From: an uncultured Verrucomicrobiae bacterium
GTDB lineage: Bacteria > Verrucomicrobiota > Verrucomicrobiia > Chthoniobacterales > UBA10450
Length of the DNA stretch: 64,000 nt
Assembly (NCBI GenBank): GCA_963834385.1
Contig: CAWIBO010000005.1
Span: 288,001 to 352,000, forward strand
Reading direction: 5' to 3'
In this document: positions 21,546 through 31,823 of the stretch, piece after piece
Layout: the number at the start of each line of letters is the position of its first letter
Numbering within the stretch: position 1 is the first letter of the stretch
Position numbers and translations under genes: made by a program
The notes under the pieces: generated by a model
Told to the model about the DNA's origin: nothing
The model's database searches: none
What the model saw: only the letters and a program-made list of their open reading frames with translations

Positions 21546-21953
21546 ATGAGTTCTTTCACGCTCGAACCCATCGGCATCATTCGGTCCCGCGTTAAAACGC
21601 GCGAAGACGCGCCGCGGCAGGGGGCGGAGGGAGCGCCGGACGCGTGGCTCGAGATTGAACCGCGCTTTGCCGACGCGCTGCTCGGCCTGGAGCCCGGGAA
21701 CGAGCTGATCGTGATCACCTGGCTGCATGAGGCCAATCGCGAAGTGCTGCAGAATCATCCGCGGGGTGATGAAAGCCGGCCGCTCACCGGTGTTTTCTAC
21801 ACGCGTTCGCCGGCGCGACCGAACCCGCTGGGGCTGCATCCGGTGACGGTGAAGGAGATTGACGGGCGCCGGCTGAAGATCGGGCCGATCGAAGTGTTCG
21901 ACGGGACGCCGGTGGTGGACATCAAGTCCGCCTCGACCCGGGTGAAGAGCTAG
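21546..21953 (+). CDS. tsaA: tRNA (N6-threonylcarbamoyladenosine(37)-N6)-methyltransferase TrmO/TsaA-like
   Basis: APRQG, TRSPARPNPLGL and DGTPVVDIK motifs. Confidence 0.88.
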   Translation: MSSFTLEPIGIIRSRVKTREDAPRQGAEGAPDAWLEIEPRFADALLGLEPGNELIVITWLHEANREVLQNHPRGDESRPLTGVFYTRSPARPNPLGLHPVTVKEIDGRRLKIGPIEVFDGTPVVDIKSASTRVKS

Positions 21954-21985
21954 TTGACGGAACGCCCGGGGAGCCAGGGCGACCC

Positions 21986-22015
21986 TTGACACGCAACCAA
22001 AAGGTTGCATATAAG
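21986..22015 (+). promoter_or_regulatory. Promoter with overlapping palindromic operator for the ArsR gene
   Basis: TTGACA at 21986, TATAAG at 22010, GCAACC-N4-GGTTGC at 21993-22008. Confidence 0.75.
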
Positions 22016-22019
22016 GGGA

Positions 22020-22343
22020 GTGGATGCCGTCTTCAAAGCGCTGGCCGATGCCAGCCGCCGGAAATTGCTGGATGCGTTGCGGCGGCAGAGCGGACAAACC
22101 CTGTTGCAGCTGTGCGCCCATCTGTCCATGACCCGGCAGGCCGTGACCAAACACCTCGCGCTGCTGGAGAAGGCGAACCTGGTCGCCACGGTCTGGCGCG
22201 GCCGCGAGAAGCGGCATTTTCTCAACCCAGTGCCGTTGCACGAGATCTCCGAGCGCTGGATTGCCAAATATGAACGTTCGCGCCTGCTGACGCTGAGCGA
22301 ACTCAAGCGAGGTCTCGAACAACCCAACCGACAGACACCATGA
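22020..22343 (+). CDS. ArsR/SmtB-family transcriptional regulator
   Basis: VFKALAD..RR, MTRQAVTKHL and GREKRHFLN motifs. Confidence 0.92.
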   Translation: MDAVFKALADASRRKLLDALRRQSGQTLLQLCAHLSMTRQAVTKHLALLEKANLVATVWRGREKRHFLNPVPLHEISERWIAKYERSRLLTLSELKRGLEQPNRQTP

Positions 22344-22786
22344 AAAAAAGCAGCTTCAATTACGTCACCTACATTCGCACCACCTCGGCAAAGCTCTGGC
22401 AGGCCCTGATCGAGCCGGAATTCACCCGCCAGTTCTTTTTCGGGGTCGCCATCGAGTCCGACTGGAAGGCCGGCGCGAAATGGAAGTCCATTGGTGCGGA
22501 CGGGGAGGTAAAGGACAGCGGCGAGATCCTGGAGATTGATCCCCCGCGCCGGCTGGTCTTGAGCTGGCGTAACGAGTTCAAACCGGAGATGAAGGCGGAG
22601 GGGTATTCGACCATGACCTACGAACTCGAAGAGTCGGGTGAGGTGGTCAAGCTGACGGTGCGACACGAGATCGACCGGGAGGAATCAAAGCTGATCAAGG
22701 CTGTTTCCGGGGGCTGGCCGGCGATTCTGTCGAGCCTGAAGAGCCTGCTTGAAACCGGCCGGGCGCTGGAGGCGTCTGCCCCGTAG
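22340..22786 (+). CDS. SRPBCC/AHSA1-family protein
   Basis: LWQAL, PPRRLVLSW and GWPAILSSLKSLLETG; ATGA-coupled to the ArsR gene. Confidence 0.9.
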   Translation: MKKSSFNYVTYIRTTSAKLWQALIEPEFTRQFFFGVAIESDWKAGAKWKSIGADGEVKDSGEILEIDPPRRLVLSWRNEFKPEMKAEGYSTMTYELEESGEVVKLTVRHEIDREESKLIKAVSGGWPAILSSLKSLLETGRALEASAP

Positions 22787-22811
22787 CCGGGGGAGCAGGG
22801 CCGCGACGTTC

Positions 22812-23120
22812 ATGGACGGGAAAAAGCCAAAACGGATCCAGCGCAGCCGGGCGAAAGGCTGGAAGATGCCGGCGAACGCGATTTATGTCGGGCGCCCGAC
22901 CGTCTGGGGCAATCCCTACGTGGTGGGGGCGAAGCTGATGAACGGGGAAACGCTCACGGCGGAGAAGGCGGTGGCCTTGTACGAGCAGCACCTGGCCGAG
23001 AACTTCAACGAACGCGACATTCGCCACTGTTTGCACGACAAGGACCTGGCCTGCTGGTGTCCGCTTGATCAGCCGTGTCACGCTGATCTCCTGTTGCGGA
23101 TCGCGAACTCGCGGCCGTGA
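22812..23120 (+). CDS. DUF4326-domain protein
   Basis: YVGRPTVWGNP and DLACWC..PCHAD motifs. Confidence 0.88.
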   Translation: MDGKKPKRIQRSRAKGWKMPANAIYVGRPTVWGNPYVVGAKLMNGETLTAEKAVALYEQHLAENFNERDIRHCLHDKDLACWCPLDQPCHADLLLRIANSRP

Positions 23121-23126
23121 CGGCGA

Positions 23127-24633
23127 TCAAGCAGCCGGTCGGGTGTTTGTCGGCCCGGCGGCAATGCGATCGAGGAGGACGCGAAGCTGGTCGATCGGGA
23201 CCGGCTTGACCAGATGGGCATCGAACCCGGCCTCCTTGGCGCGTTTCACGTCCTGGTCCATGCCGTAACCGCTCAGGGCGATGGCCGGAAGACCGGGATG
23301 CCGTGCGCGGATCAGCTGGAGGAGTTCAAAACCGCTCCGGTCCGGCAGTCCCAGGTCGCTGATGACGGCGTCGAACGGCCCGGCGGCCTCGAGCAATTCG
23401 AGCGCCTCGGCTCCGGTGCCGGCGCCATGGACCTGATTGCCGAAACGGGTCAGGATGCGGGTGAGCACCTCGCGGGTGGAATCGTGGTCTTCCACGAGGA
23501 GGAGCCGCAGTTCCCGAACTGAATGATGGGTTGGTGAAGCCTCGGTGGGCGCGGCGACCGGTGCGGGAATGGCCGGCAGCGTGACTGAAAAAGTGGCGCC
23601 GTGGCCCAGGCCCTGGCTTTCCGCGACGATCCGGCCGCCATGCATCTCGACGATGGCGCGGCTGATGGCGAGTCCGAGACCGAGGCCGCCGAAACTGCCG
23701 GTGGGCAGACTGCCCTGTTCAAAAGCCTGGAATATCTTCGGCAGCGCCTCCGGGGCGATTCCGGTGCCGGTATCGGTGACGCGCACGACCACGTTTCCCT
23801 CGTGATTGCCGGTGACGACCCTGACCTCGCCTCCTGAAGGAGTGAACTTCACGCCGTTCTTGATCACGTTCCAAAAGACCTGCTGAAGGCGGGCGGAGTC
23901 GCCCGAGACCCAGGGTCCCGACGCGTTCTTCTCGAACACGATGGCGACGCGCTTGCTCGTGCCCACGCTGCGGACGATCTCCTCGGTTTCGCCGAGCAGC
24001 TTGTGCAGGTTTACCGGCATGCGGACGAGGGTGAACTTTCCGTGCCGAATGCGTGAGTGGTCGAGCAGATCGTCGATCAACCGGGCCTCGAGTTCGGCAT
24101 TGCGGCGGATAATGGCGGCCTGTTCGCGCACGTCGGCGGGCAGGGCCGCATCGAGTTCCATCGAGGTCGACATCATGAGCACCGGGCTGAGGGGCGTGCG
24201 CAGCTCGTGGCTGAGCGCGGCAAGGAATTCGTCCTTGGCCTTGTTCGCCCGCTCGGCGGTTTTTTTGGCCGTGAGCAATTCCGACTCGAAATGGCTGCGC
24301 TGACGCATCCGGACGAAGATGCAGTCCGTCTCCCAGCGACCGTTGCGGTCGTGCCGGCGGGCATTGACGAGAAAGGGGAGTTCCTCACCGTTCCCGGTGC
24401 GGAGGGAAAGATAAACTTCCTCGACCTCGCCCTGCAGTTTCAGCAGCGGAAAAAAGTGTGTTTGATAGAAAACGCGGCCGCCGGGGGAGAAAAGCTTCTG
24501 CAGATGCTGCCCGACGAGCGCCTCCGCCGGGTGTCCCGACGAGGGAACAGAGCGTCGCGTTGACCCCGACGATGTGCCCGTCATCAGTGAAGGTGAGGAC
24601 GCCGCACGGGACGGTGTCGAGGGAGAGATCCAT
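23127..24633 (-). CDS. PAS (RsbP-type) hybrid histidine kinase / response regulator; frameshift near 24535
   Basis: PCG..TF, FYQTHFFPLL, SHELRTPL, GLGLGL and receiver SDLGLPD. Confidence 0.9.
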
Positions 24634-25462
24634 TCACACGGCCGCCACCGTGCCGGCGAGCGGGCGCACCCAGGTAGTCTTTGATCAACCGGATGGTTTC
24701 CTCCGGATGACTCATGTGCGGGCAATGCCCGGTCGCGTCCATCACCTTGAGCGAGCTGCCGGGAATCTGGCGGTGGGTGAACTCACCGACCTCGGTCGGG
24801 GCGATGGCGTCCTCGGAACACTGCAGGACAAGGGTGGGAATGCGGACCTTGGAGAGGTCATCGCGGTTATCGGCAAAGAAGGTGGCCTCGGCAAACTGCC
24901 GGGCGATCTCGGGATCAGTCGAGCAAAAGCTGGCTTCCAGCTCCTTTGTCAGCTCCGGCCGTTCGGGATTTTTCATGATCACCGGGGTGAGGAAGCTGGC
25001 CCAGCCAAGGTAGTTCCGCTCCATGGTGTCGAGCAGGCTCTCGATATCGGCGCGACCGAAACCGCCGACGTAGTCCGTGTCGTTGATATAGCGCGGGGAA
25101 GGTCCGATCAGGACCAGCTGGGCGAAACGTTCCGGCTCCCTGTTGGCGGCGAGGATGCCCACCATGCTGCTGACGGAATGGCCAACGAAGATGACCTCGT
25201 GCAGGTCGAGCTCGTGACAAATTTCCAGAACGTCACGCGCGTAGCCGTCGAGCGTGGCATAACGCTGCCGATCGTAGGCGGACCAGTCCGACTTTCCGGA
25301 GCCAACGTAATCAAAAAGAACGACGCGGTAATCCTCCTCGAAGGCCGGGGCAACGAATCGCCACATCGTCTGGTCACAGCCAAACCCGTGCGCGAAGAGG
25401 ATGGGCTGCGCTCCGCGGCCGGAGATTGTGACGTTGTTCCGTGCGCTGATGGTTCCCGCCAT
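24584..25462 (-). CDS. rsbQ: RsbQ/KAI2-like alpha/beta hydrolase (true stop probably near 24634)
   Basis: RNNV, AHGFGCDQTMW, GHSVS, PSPRYIND and GHCPHMS motifs. Confidence 0.9.
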   Translation of the reverse strand: MAGTISARNNVTISGRGAQPILFAHGFGCDQTMWRFVAPAFEEDYRVVLFDYVGSGKSDWSAYDRQRYATLDGYARDVLEICHELDLHEVIFVGHSVSSMVGILAANREPERFAQLVLIGPSPRYINDTDYVGGFGRADIESLLDTMERNYLGWASFLTPVIMKNPERPELTKELEASFCSTDPEIARQFAEATFFADNRDDLSKVRIPTLVLQCSEDAIAPTEVGEFTHRQIPGSSLKVMDATGHCPHMSHPEETIRLIKDYLGAPARRHGGGRVNGSLPRHRPVRRPHLH

Positions 25463-25558
25463 CCTCCGAACCTACTGGCTCTTTTGGGAGCGAACAAGAT
25501 TGATGGCGCGCGGTATTCGCACGGTGCGGACAGGACTGCCGGCGGCAGAGCGGCTGGG

Positions 25559-26278
25559 TCAGCGCAGCCTGTCGGCGGGGAAGACCGCGTTCTTCTCGCG
25601 GAAAAGGATGCGCTGCTGGCGCCGGCGAAGGGCGGGGCCAGGGCGGGCCGGGTTCCACCCTTTGGGGTTGGGCAGAACGGCGGCCAGGAGCGCGGATTGC
25701 TCGCGGGTGAGGCCGCGCGCGCTGACGCCGAAGTAATGCCGGGCGGCGGCTTCCACGCCATAGATGCCGGGGCCGGTCTCGATGACGTTGACGTACAGCT
25801 CGAGGATCCGTCGTTTCGGGAGGAGCAGTTCCATCCAGAGCGTGTAATAGGATTCGAGCCCTTTCCTGATCCAGGAGCGGCCCTGCCAGAGGAAAAGGGA
25901 GCGGGCGCACTGGTTCGTGATCGTGGAAATGCCGCGCACCGGCCGGCCGGTGCGTTCCGCCTTGTCCACCGCGCGATCGATCTCTTTCCAGTCAAAACCG
26001 TGGTGTTGGAAAAAGCGCTGATCTTCCGAGATCCAGAGATGCTTGAGAAAGAGAGGGGAGACCGCGGGAAGCTCGACCCAATCGTGGCGGAGAGGGGGAC
26101 GCGGGCCGGGCCGGAAAAGTGCGCCGGCCTGCTCGAGCAGCATGGGCATGGTGCGCGGCGGATCAACGAATCGAAGGAAGAGCACCTGGAAACCCGGGAG
26201 GAGGAGCAGCGCGGCCAGGACAGAAAGTATTGTCCGGGTCCATCGGGTGCCGCGTCGGCCTTTTCGTTTTTGAGCCAT
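25559..26278 (-). CDS. mtgA: Monofunctional biosynthetic peptidoglycan transglycosylase
   Basis: SEDQRFFQHHGFD, RGISTITNQ, KRRILELYVN and LPNP motifs. Confidence 0.92.
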   Translation of the reverse strand: MAQKRKGRRGTRWTRTILSVLAALLLLPGFQVLFLRFVDPPRTMPMLLEQAGALFRPGPRPPLRHDWVELPAVSPLFLKHLWISEDQRFFQHHGFDWKEIDRAVDKAERTGRPVRGISTITNQCARSLFLWQGRSWIRKGLESYYTLWMELLLPKRRILELYVNVIETGPGIYGVEAAARHYFGVSARGLTREQSALLAAVLPNPKGWNPARPGPALRRRQQRILFREKNAVFPADRLR

Positions 26279-26291
26279 CGCGGAACCGGGA

Positions 26292-26906
26292 TCAAACGGA
26301 TGCGCGCCGGGGGGCGGCCTTCGCGCGCGACCCTGACTTCCTGGAAGGCCGGGCCAGAACGGCGTGACGGGGACAGGTCACGAGGTGGTCGTTGACCATG
26401 CCGGAAGCCTGCATGAAGGCGTAGCAGATGGTGGAGCCGACGAATTTGAATCCGCGCTGCAACAGTTCGCGGCTCATGGCATCCGACTCGGGGGTGCGCG
26501 CCGGCACCTGCGTCATCCGGCGCCAGCGGTTCTGGCGCGGCTGACCGCCGACCAAACGCCAGAGAAAGGCGTCGAAGCTGCCGGACTCCTGCTGCACCGC
26601 GAGGAAAGCGCGAGCGTTACCGATGGCGGCGGCGATTTTGAGCCGGTTGCGCACGATGCCCGGATCGTTGAGCAGCCGTTTGACGTCGCGCGCTCCATAA
26701 CGCGCGATCTTCTCCGCGTCGAAGCCATGAAAGGCTTTGCGGTAGTTCTCCCGTTTCTTCAGGATGGTGGTCCAGCTCAGGCCGGCCTGCGCACCTTCCA
26801 GGATGAGAAGCTCGAACAGCTTTTGGTCGTCATGGAGCGGCACGCCCCATTCCCGATCATGATAGGTGGTGTTAGGCTCGGACGCGGCCCATGGACAACG
26901 TGACAT
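26292..26906 (-). CDS. tag: DNA-3-methyladenine glycosylase I
   Basis: RCPWA, YHDREWG, EGAQAGLSW and GMVNDH motifs. Confidence 0.95.
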   Translation of the reverse strand: MSRCPWAASEPNTTYHDREWGVPLHDDQKLFELLILEGAQAGLSWTTILKKRENYRKAFHGFDAEKIARYGARDVKRLLNDPGIVRNRLKIAAAIGNARAFLAVQQESGSFDAFLWRLVGGQPRQNRWRRMTQVPARTPESDAMSRELLQRGFKFVGSTICYAFMQASGMVNDHLVTCPRHAVLARPSRKSGSRAKAAPRRASV

Positions 26907-27376
26907 TTCCGAGAAGACTTTGGAGAAAGAGGAGGGGCCTGTCCATCCTCGCGGCCGGCCTCGTGGGATTGATCCTGACCGGTTGCGGCGCGACGGAACG
27001 GGCCGAAGCGATCGTGCTGGAAAAGGAGGCGATTGCCGCGGCGGCGGAGAAGAGCGATGCCCCGTCACCTTCTCCGACGGGCACGGTCACCACGGTTCCG
27101 GAAGGCGAGTCGCTTCGGGAGATGAAGGAAGGCGAGATCGAGGTCGATGGCTACGTGATGGAGCCGGCGGTGCGTGGGACCGCTCGTGATCCCCGGGCGT
27201 TGAGCGGTCCGCAGTGGCTGGTCAAGGTCCGTCTGGTTGCCGATGGCCGAATGTTCAACGTGCCGGCGACCGAGGCGCAGTTCGAGAAGGTCAAGCCGGG
27301 GGACCGGATCTGGATTTCCTATCGGCGCGGGAAGTATAGCGGAACGGTCTGGGCCGCCTCGATCGAGGAGAAGTAG
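26891..27376 (+). CDS. Hypothetical lipoprotein (start uncertain)
   Basis: Hydrophobic stretch ending in lipobox LTGC; OB-like C-terminal half. Confidence 0.6.
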   Translation: MDNVTFPRRLWRKRRGLSILAAGLVGLILTGCGATERAEAIVLEKEAIAAAAEKSDAPSPSPTGTVTTVPEGESLREMKEGEIEVDGYVMEPAVRGTARDPRALSGPQWLVKVRLVADGRMFNVPATEAQFEKVKPGDRIWISYRRGKYSGTVWAASIEEK

Positions 27377-27410
27377 CGCGGCGCATCTGGGCACAGGCGG
27401 GACGAAAGGC

Positions 27411-27779
27411 CTAAAGCACGGCGATGGCGAGACAGAGAAGGAGAATGGCGGATGCGGGAAGCATTTTCCGAATCGGATCGCGCACCTTGAGGTGCATGGC
27501 CAGGGCTCCCAGCATGAGAAGGCCGAGGCCAAGCGCGAGAGGCGCTGCCAGGACCGGAATCCAAATGGCGGCCAGGAGGCCGAGGGCCAGCGTGACTTTC
27601 ATGATCCCGACCACGACCATGAACCAAAGCGGCAGGCCGTAGGCCGCGAATTCCTCGGGGAGAGAATCGGCGCCGGCGCCGCGGTAGGGAGTCTTCCGGG
27701 CGGGTCGGAACAGCCAGACGCTGAGGATGGCGATGGCCACGATCAGTTGCAGAGCGTTACGCACGATTTCCATGGGCAT
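27411..27779 (-). CDS. DoxX-family membrane protein
   Basis: EEFAAYGLP and MLGALAMHLKVRDP motifs. Confidence 0.85.
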   Translation of the reverse strand: MPMEIVRNALQLIVAIAILSVWLFRPARKTPYRGAGADSLPEEFAAYGLPLWFMVVVGIMKVTLALGLLAAIWIPVLAAPLALGLGLLMLGALAMHLKVRDPIRKMLPASAILLLCLAIAVL

Positions 27780-27860
27780 CCTACCCGGCCGTGGCGCCGG
27801 CCGGTCGGTAGCTGAGAATGACCGGCGCGATCCGCGACGGCAAGCGGAACTTGAGCCTGA

Positions 27861-28684
27861 CTATGCCTTATTATCCGGCACGGACGCGATCGCGCTGGCG
27901 GCGGCGACATTGATCAGAGCCAGAGCTTCCTTGCCTCTCACGGTGAGGTCGCTGGTGAATTGAAACTGATCACGCGCATCAATGGGATAGGCCTTTAACT
28001 GGTAGTGCGTGGCCCAGGGCTTCTCCGCCACAATCACCAGGATAGGCCGGGCGAGTTGGAGATAGGCGCTGGTCAGCGCCACGTCGCGCAAGGTCCGGCG
28101 AACCAGGTTGGCGTCGTGCTGGGGGGCGAGGTAGAAGTCGGCGATGCACTGGAGGGTGGGAGCGCCGTCGTTCGAGTTATAGATGTTGGTGTCCCAAAGC
28201 TTGAGATGCGGAATGGTCACCACATCGTCGTCCGGCGTGACAATGCGGTAGGAACGGAGGCCGACTGAGGTTACCTCGCCGTAGGCGCGTCATCCACTTT
28301 CACCCAGTCGCCGGGCCGGTAGGGCCGCTCGGTGACGGCGACGATGCCGGCGATGAGGCTGCTGACATAATCCTTGAAGGCAAAACCGATGGCCACGCCA
28401 GCGGCGCCGAAGATGGCGAAAAGATTCTGCATCGTCGGATTGATGACCAGCGGGACGATGAGAACGACCGCGAGCAGGAGAAGGACCAGCCGCAGGATGG
28501 GGACCGCGCCGAGGACGAAGAATCGCAGGCGATTGGGGCTGCGGTCCGCCACCAGGGGGAAGAGGCGGCGGATGATGGCAATCGTCGCCCAGGTCCCGAG
28601 GAGGATGAGGAAGATGTTGAAGAATCCGATTTCCTTGAAATCGAGAAACAGTTTCGCGGCTTTTTCCTGGGTGCTGGTGTCCAT
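27861..28684 (-). CDS. MscS-family mechanosensitive channel (frameshift near 28285)
   Basis: GVAIGFAFKD and RPYRPGDWV, continuing GEVTSVGLRS...TPDDDVVTIPH in the next frame. Confidence 0.88.
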
Positions 28685-28686
28685 TG

Positions 28687-29889
28687 TCAGAGGCGGTCCA
28701 GGGGATAGCCATGATGCGAAAGGGCGTCGCGGACGGCGGGATAGGCCACCGGCGTGACCCCCCAGCGATCTCCGTCCTCACGGAGAAGGTTTTCCGCGGC
28801 CAAGGCGACGGACAATGTGGGCCGTGTGGATCGGGGGAAGCACCTGGCGCAGGTCGGGCAGGGTCAGATCGCCGTGGATGAGAAGCGCGTGAAAAACAAG
28901 GAGAGCGGCGGAACGCACATCCTTGGGAAGGTCCGGCAGGCCGACCTCCGCGATCGGGTCGATCCAGACCGTTTCGCGCGCGTTCCCTGGCCGGCGAATC
29001 TTCCCTGGCCTTGTCATCAGGCGCCACGCGCATCGTGCTGCGAAAGATATGCCACGCGAGGAAAGGGTTTCCGCGGCTGACCCCGGCCAGCCGTTTAAGA
29101 AAACTGCCGGCACCATTGCGGGTTGCCTGTTCTCTCGCGCCGGAGCAACACCGGGCCGGGTCAAAGAGCATCGGCGCCGGTCGCGTCACTCCGGAAGATG
29201 AGATGTCCGGACCGTTTTGACTCCGCGAGGTCGCTGAGCCAGAGGCAGAGGGCTTCGTGATCGAACGGGGCCAGGGTGAACGGATCGGGCATTTCCACGG
29301 CAGCCTCTGCGGCCTTGCAAAGGTAGGTCCAGGCCCAGCTACTCGACGCCGATGACGCAACGGCGCCGGGAACGGCTCAAGTTCGCGATCAGCGCCCGGA
29401 CCAGACCAAGGCCGCGGTGATGGCGGCGGAACCAGCGCTCAAGCCGGGGAACGACCAGGATCTGGTCGCCGTCAAAGGAGGGAAGAGCTTCCGGTGCACC
29501 GGCGAAAATTGAGTCCGCGGAGGGCTCGTCCGCGATTTCGTAGCCGCGTCGCTCGGCCCAGTGCCGCAGAGCTTAAAGTCGCCGGGAGGGGGAAGAACAA
29601 GGACGATGAGACCGTTCGGACCCGGGCCGGCCTCGATCGCGTCATCGACGGCCAAGAAAAAATCGTCAAGGAGAGGCGTGGGAGCGGCCCGCTCCAGCAC
29701 GGCGGCGGGAGCGGTCCGGAGATCGCCGTGTGCTTCTGCCGCTTCGCGCCGGCGCGAAGGCTGCAGGCGATGCAGGGCCTCCACGAATTTCTTGCGAAGC
29801 GTCTCTTTCGTCGGAGTCGAGGGTGCATTGAAATCCGCGAGCGGCTCGAAGCGCCAAATCGCCTTGGTTTTCTCAGGGCCGGTCGCCAT
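28687..29889 (-). pseudogene. Hypothetical protein upstream of MscS, possibly P-loop/AAA-like, with multiple frameshifts
   Basis: Coherent fragments across frames (LERWFRR.H.GL, WAWTYL, SRGNP..AW.IF, LLIHGDL); stop 2 nt before the MscS start. Confidence 0.5.
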
Positions 29890-30104
29890 GCTGCAGTTAA
29901 TCAGGTTCGACGCCTGGCCGTCACGCAGCCATCTTCGATTCCTCGCCACCTCGGATCGAATCTGGCGGACGCACTCAAAGGGGTTCCTTGCCGGGGAAGA
30001 TTCATCGGCACCCGCCGGCCTTTTTCCCACGCACGCGCTCACCGGTGCGGATCCTGCAGAGGGCGTGCGGTAAGGAGGCCAAGGGAGCGGGTCGAAGCCG
30101 CCGC

Positions 30105-31823
30105 CTAGGCTTTCACCTGCTGCACGACCTGGTCGACGAGAGCGTAGAGCTGTTGCGCATCGATCGGCTTCGTCAGATGGTGTCGGAAACCGGCCGCGGC
30201 GCTTCGGTTCACGTCGGCCTGCATGCCGTAGCCGCTCACCGCGATGCCGACGGGACCTGGCTCGGCGCGGAGCCCTTCCATGACCTCGTAACCGGTGCCA
30301 TCGGGCAAGCCAAGGTCGCTGATGACAACGTCAAAAGGGTTGCGGTGGCCGAGGTCGAGGGCATCCGCCTTGCCGTGGGCAAGGGAGACCCGATGGCCGC
30401 GCTGTTCCAGGAGGCGCGCCATGACCTTGGCGGTGGCGACGTGATCTTCAACCACCAGGATCCGGAGGTGGTCGGCCGATTCCCTCGCGGGAGGAAGAAC
30501 GTGATCATCGTTTGCGGTCTTTTGAAAAGTGGCCAGTTCCAGGGTGAAGGTGGCGCCTCGACCAAGACCCGCGCTGGCCGCGGAAAGGCGGCCTTCGTGC
30601 AAGGCTGTCAGAGCATTGGAAATGGCGAGGCCCAGCCCAAGCCCGCCGAACATGTGGTTGATGGACGAATCGCCCTGTTCAAAGGCATCGAAAATTCGGG
30701 GCAGCGCCTCGGGCGAGATGCCGATCCCGGTATCGGCGACCTGGAGACGGATTTGGCCGGGAGCAGGGTTGTCCGTGCGCAGAGTGATCTGACCGTCCGC
30801 GGGAGTAAACTTGACCGCGTTGCGGATGAGGTTCCACAGGACCTGCTGGATGCGGGCCGGGTCGGCGTGGATATGATGTTCCTCGGCCAGCATTTCCACC
30901 TTGATCTGAACGCAGGTGGCGGAGGGGTCCCCGTGGACGACATCGACCGCCTTCCGCACCAGGTCATGGGCATCGACGGCTTTTTTCTGCAGCTGCACTT
31001 TGCCATTGGCGACGCGGGTCAAGTCCAGCAGATCGTCGATCAAGTTGGCTTCCAGTTCCACGTTCCGTCGGATCATGGAAATATCAGCGCGAATCCCTTC
31101 GGGAAGTGTGGGATCGATCTCGAGCGCGCTGGCGGTCATCAGAACCGGGTTGAGCGGGGTGCGCAGTTCGTGGCTGAGGACGGCGAGGAAGCGGTCCTTG
31201 GCCGCGTTGGCCCGGTTGGCTTCGGCGAGGGCATGGCGCAGCTCGTCACGGGCGCGGTCGAGAGAGGCCGCCAGCAACTTGGCCTGGGTGGCGGAATGCC
31301 GGGCCAGAGTGGCGTGCGCCTCGGCGACGGCGGCCGTGCGTTCTCCGCGCAAAGCGGCCGCGATCAAGGGAAGGAGCAGGCCGATGTCGGTGGCAAGATC
31401 GATCTGGGACTCGCCTCCCAGCAGGACCAGGACGCTCCCGTCATCCGCGGCGAGCCCAGTCGCCTTGATCGGGCTTTCTTCGTCCGGATAGAACAGCTCT
31501 TCCTCATGGTAGGTTTCACGCTGACACCGCTCGAGGAAGGCCTGCCAAAGCTTTGTCCGGGGAAGAGTCTGCCGGAATCCGGGCGCGGGCAGGAGGAGAT
31601 CCAGCGCGGGATCGCGCAGGAAAATAAGGAGATGCTCCGCCCCGGCGTGCGCGGCCAGTTCCTCCGCCGCACGCCCACGTTCCGCCTTGTCGGTCAGGCC
31701 CGCGACCAGGGCCAGGAGGCGACCCTGCCGCTCCGCGCGGCGTTTAAGCCGGGAAGACGCAAACGACGGCGGTGCAATTGTGGAAGCCGTTGAATTGCCC
31801 GGCCGTTCTGGCGACTTGTCCAT
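30105..31823 (-). CDS. Hybrid histidine kinase / response regulator (start uncertain, overlaps the FIST gene)
   Basis: SHELRTPL, NAVKFT, GLGLGL and receiver VVEDH / SDLGLPD / KP. Confidence 0.9.
   Translation of the reverse strand: MDKSPERPGNSTASTIAPPSFASSRLKRRAERQGRLLALVAGLTDKAERGRAAEELAAHAGAEHLLIFLRDPALDLLLPAPGFRQTLPRTKLWQAFLERCQRETYHEEELFYPDEESPIKATGLAADDGSVLVLLGGESQIDLATDIGLLLPLIAAALRGERTAAVAEAHATLARHSATQAKLLAASLDRARDELRHALAEANRANAAKDRFLAVLSHELRTPLNPVLMTASALEIDPTLPEGIRADISMIRRNVELEANLIDDLLDLTRVANGKVQLQKKAVDAHDLVRKAVDVVHGDPSATCVQIKVEMLAEEHHIHADPARIQQVLWNLIRNAVKFTPADGQITLRTDNPAPGQIRLQVADTGIGISPEALPRIFDAFEQGDSSINHMFGGLGLGLAISNALTALHEGRLSAASAGLGRGATFTLELATFQKTANDDHVLPPARESADHLRILVVEDHVATAKVMARLLEQRGHRVSLAHGKADALDLGHRNPFDVVISDLGLPDGTGYEVMEGLRAEPGPVGIAVSGYGMQADVNRSAAAGFRHHLTKPIDAQQLYALVDQVVQQVKA

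Noticed and set aside
24458..26395. Long antisense ORFs (645 aa here; also 29988-31793, 39002-40357, 60079-61470)
   Set aside because: These are shadow ORFs of high-GC coding genes on the opposite strand and have no recognisable motifs.
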